Under the pieces are notes generated by a model, which saw only the letters and a list, made by a program, of their open reading frames with translations, did no database searches and had not been told where the DNA came from. A program made the translations under genes and the position numbers. From positions 124,001 through 188,000 of the forward strand of contig JAMDHS010000004.1 of assembly GCA_029717555.1 (NCBI GenBank): DNA of 64,000 nucleotides. Direction: 5' to 3'. The DNA is from Peribolospora baueri. Its lineage: Eukaryota. Shown here piece by piece: positions 63,601 to 64,000 of the stretch (position 1 is the first letter of the stretch; each line of letters opens with the position of its first letter).

Positions 63601-64000
63601 TCACAGCACCGCAACCCCGCCCACGACGCCCAAGCCGACAAGACCGGCGACGACGGCGGCCCCCCATACGGGCAGCGAGGCGCCGGAACTGGTGTGCCCC
63701 GAGAAGGCTGCGGTCGGAGAGGACTTGCTCGTCGCTGCCTCCGCCAGGGCAGAGGACATGGAGCTGGAGAAGTAAAGCGCGCATTCGCCCTGCACCGAAG
63801 GAGGGAAGGGAAAGGACGGATGAGGAGTGAACTGAATGACCTTTGATCAGACTACTCTCTCTCCTCGACCGACGATCGCGCTCTCACATCCGCGAGGGCC
63901 GTCGCGTTGGCAAGCTCCTGGGGGCAAGCAGTTGACCGACGTCGAATTGAAGGCGGGGCTTTCCGGGGCAATGCGATGAAAGAAGAGAAGAGAGGGTATG
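63601..64000 (-). CDS. 3' end of a probable GPI-anchored, Cys-containing (CFEM-like) cell-surface protein; 5' part outside the window
   Basis: ACPQELANATALAD (GTGAGA...GCAG intron) GECALYFSSSMSSALAEAATSKSSPTAAFSGHTSSGASLPVWGAAVVAGLVGLGVVGGVAVL*: Ser/Thr/Ala stalk, small-residue omega region and hydrophobic tail. Confidence 0.55.

Overview
GC-rich, intron-rich eukaryotic DNA with GT-AG introns and CTRAY/CTCAC-type branch points. The gene content points to a basidiomycete fungus (inference; species not identifiable by eye). About 15 protein genes can be reconstructed by hand: a two-HKD phospholipase D (5' end outside the window), ADP/ATP carrier, PASK-type kinase, EF-1alpha, BAP31/Yet3, GH63/YMR196W-like hydrolase, ATG2, a DUF1752+DUF3295 (Mks1-like) protein, Trk K+ transporter, a secreted GH26-like glycanase, carnitine carrier, an Ams2/Spt21-like GATA factor, a WW-domain/His-rich protein, a small Tyr/Gly-rich repeat protein, and the 3' end of a GPI-type cell-surface protein. 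There is also an intron-containing tRNA-Ser(GCU) with a decayed Ty3/gypsy fragment beside it. The most unusual structure is at 58.2-61.5 kb. The WW-domain gene appears to have a 1037-nt intron holding a complete same-strand, TATA-preceded ORF, and the 731 nt directly before the acceptor AG, including that whole ORF, contain no AG dinucleotide. All splice models are manual inferences without transcript data, and family names come from recognised motifs, not database searches.
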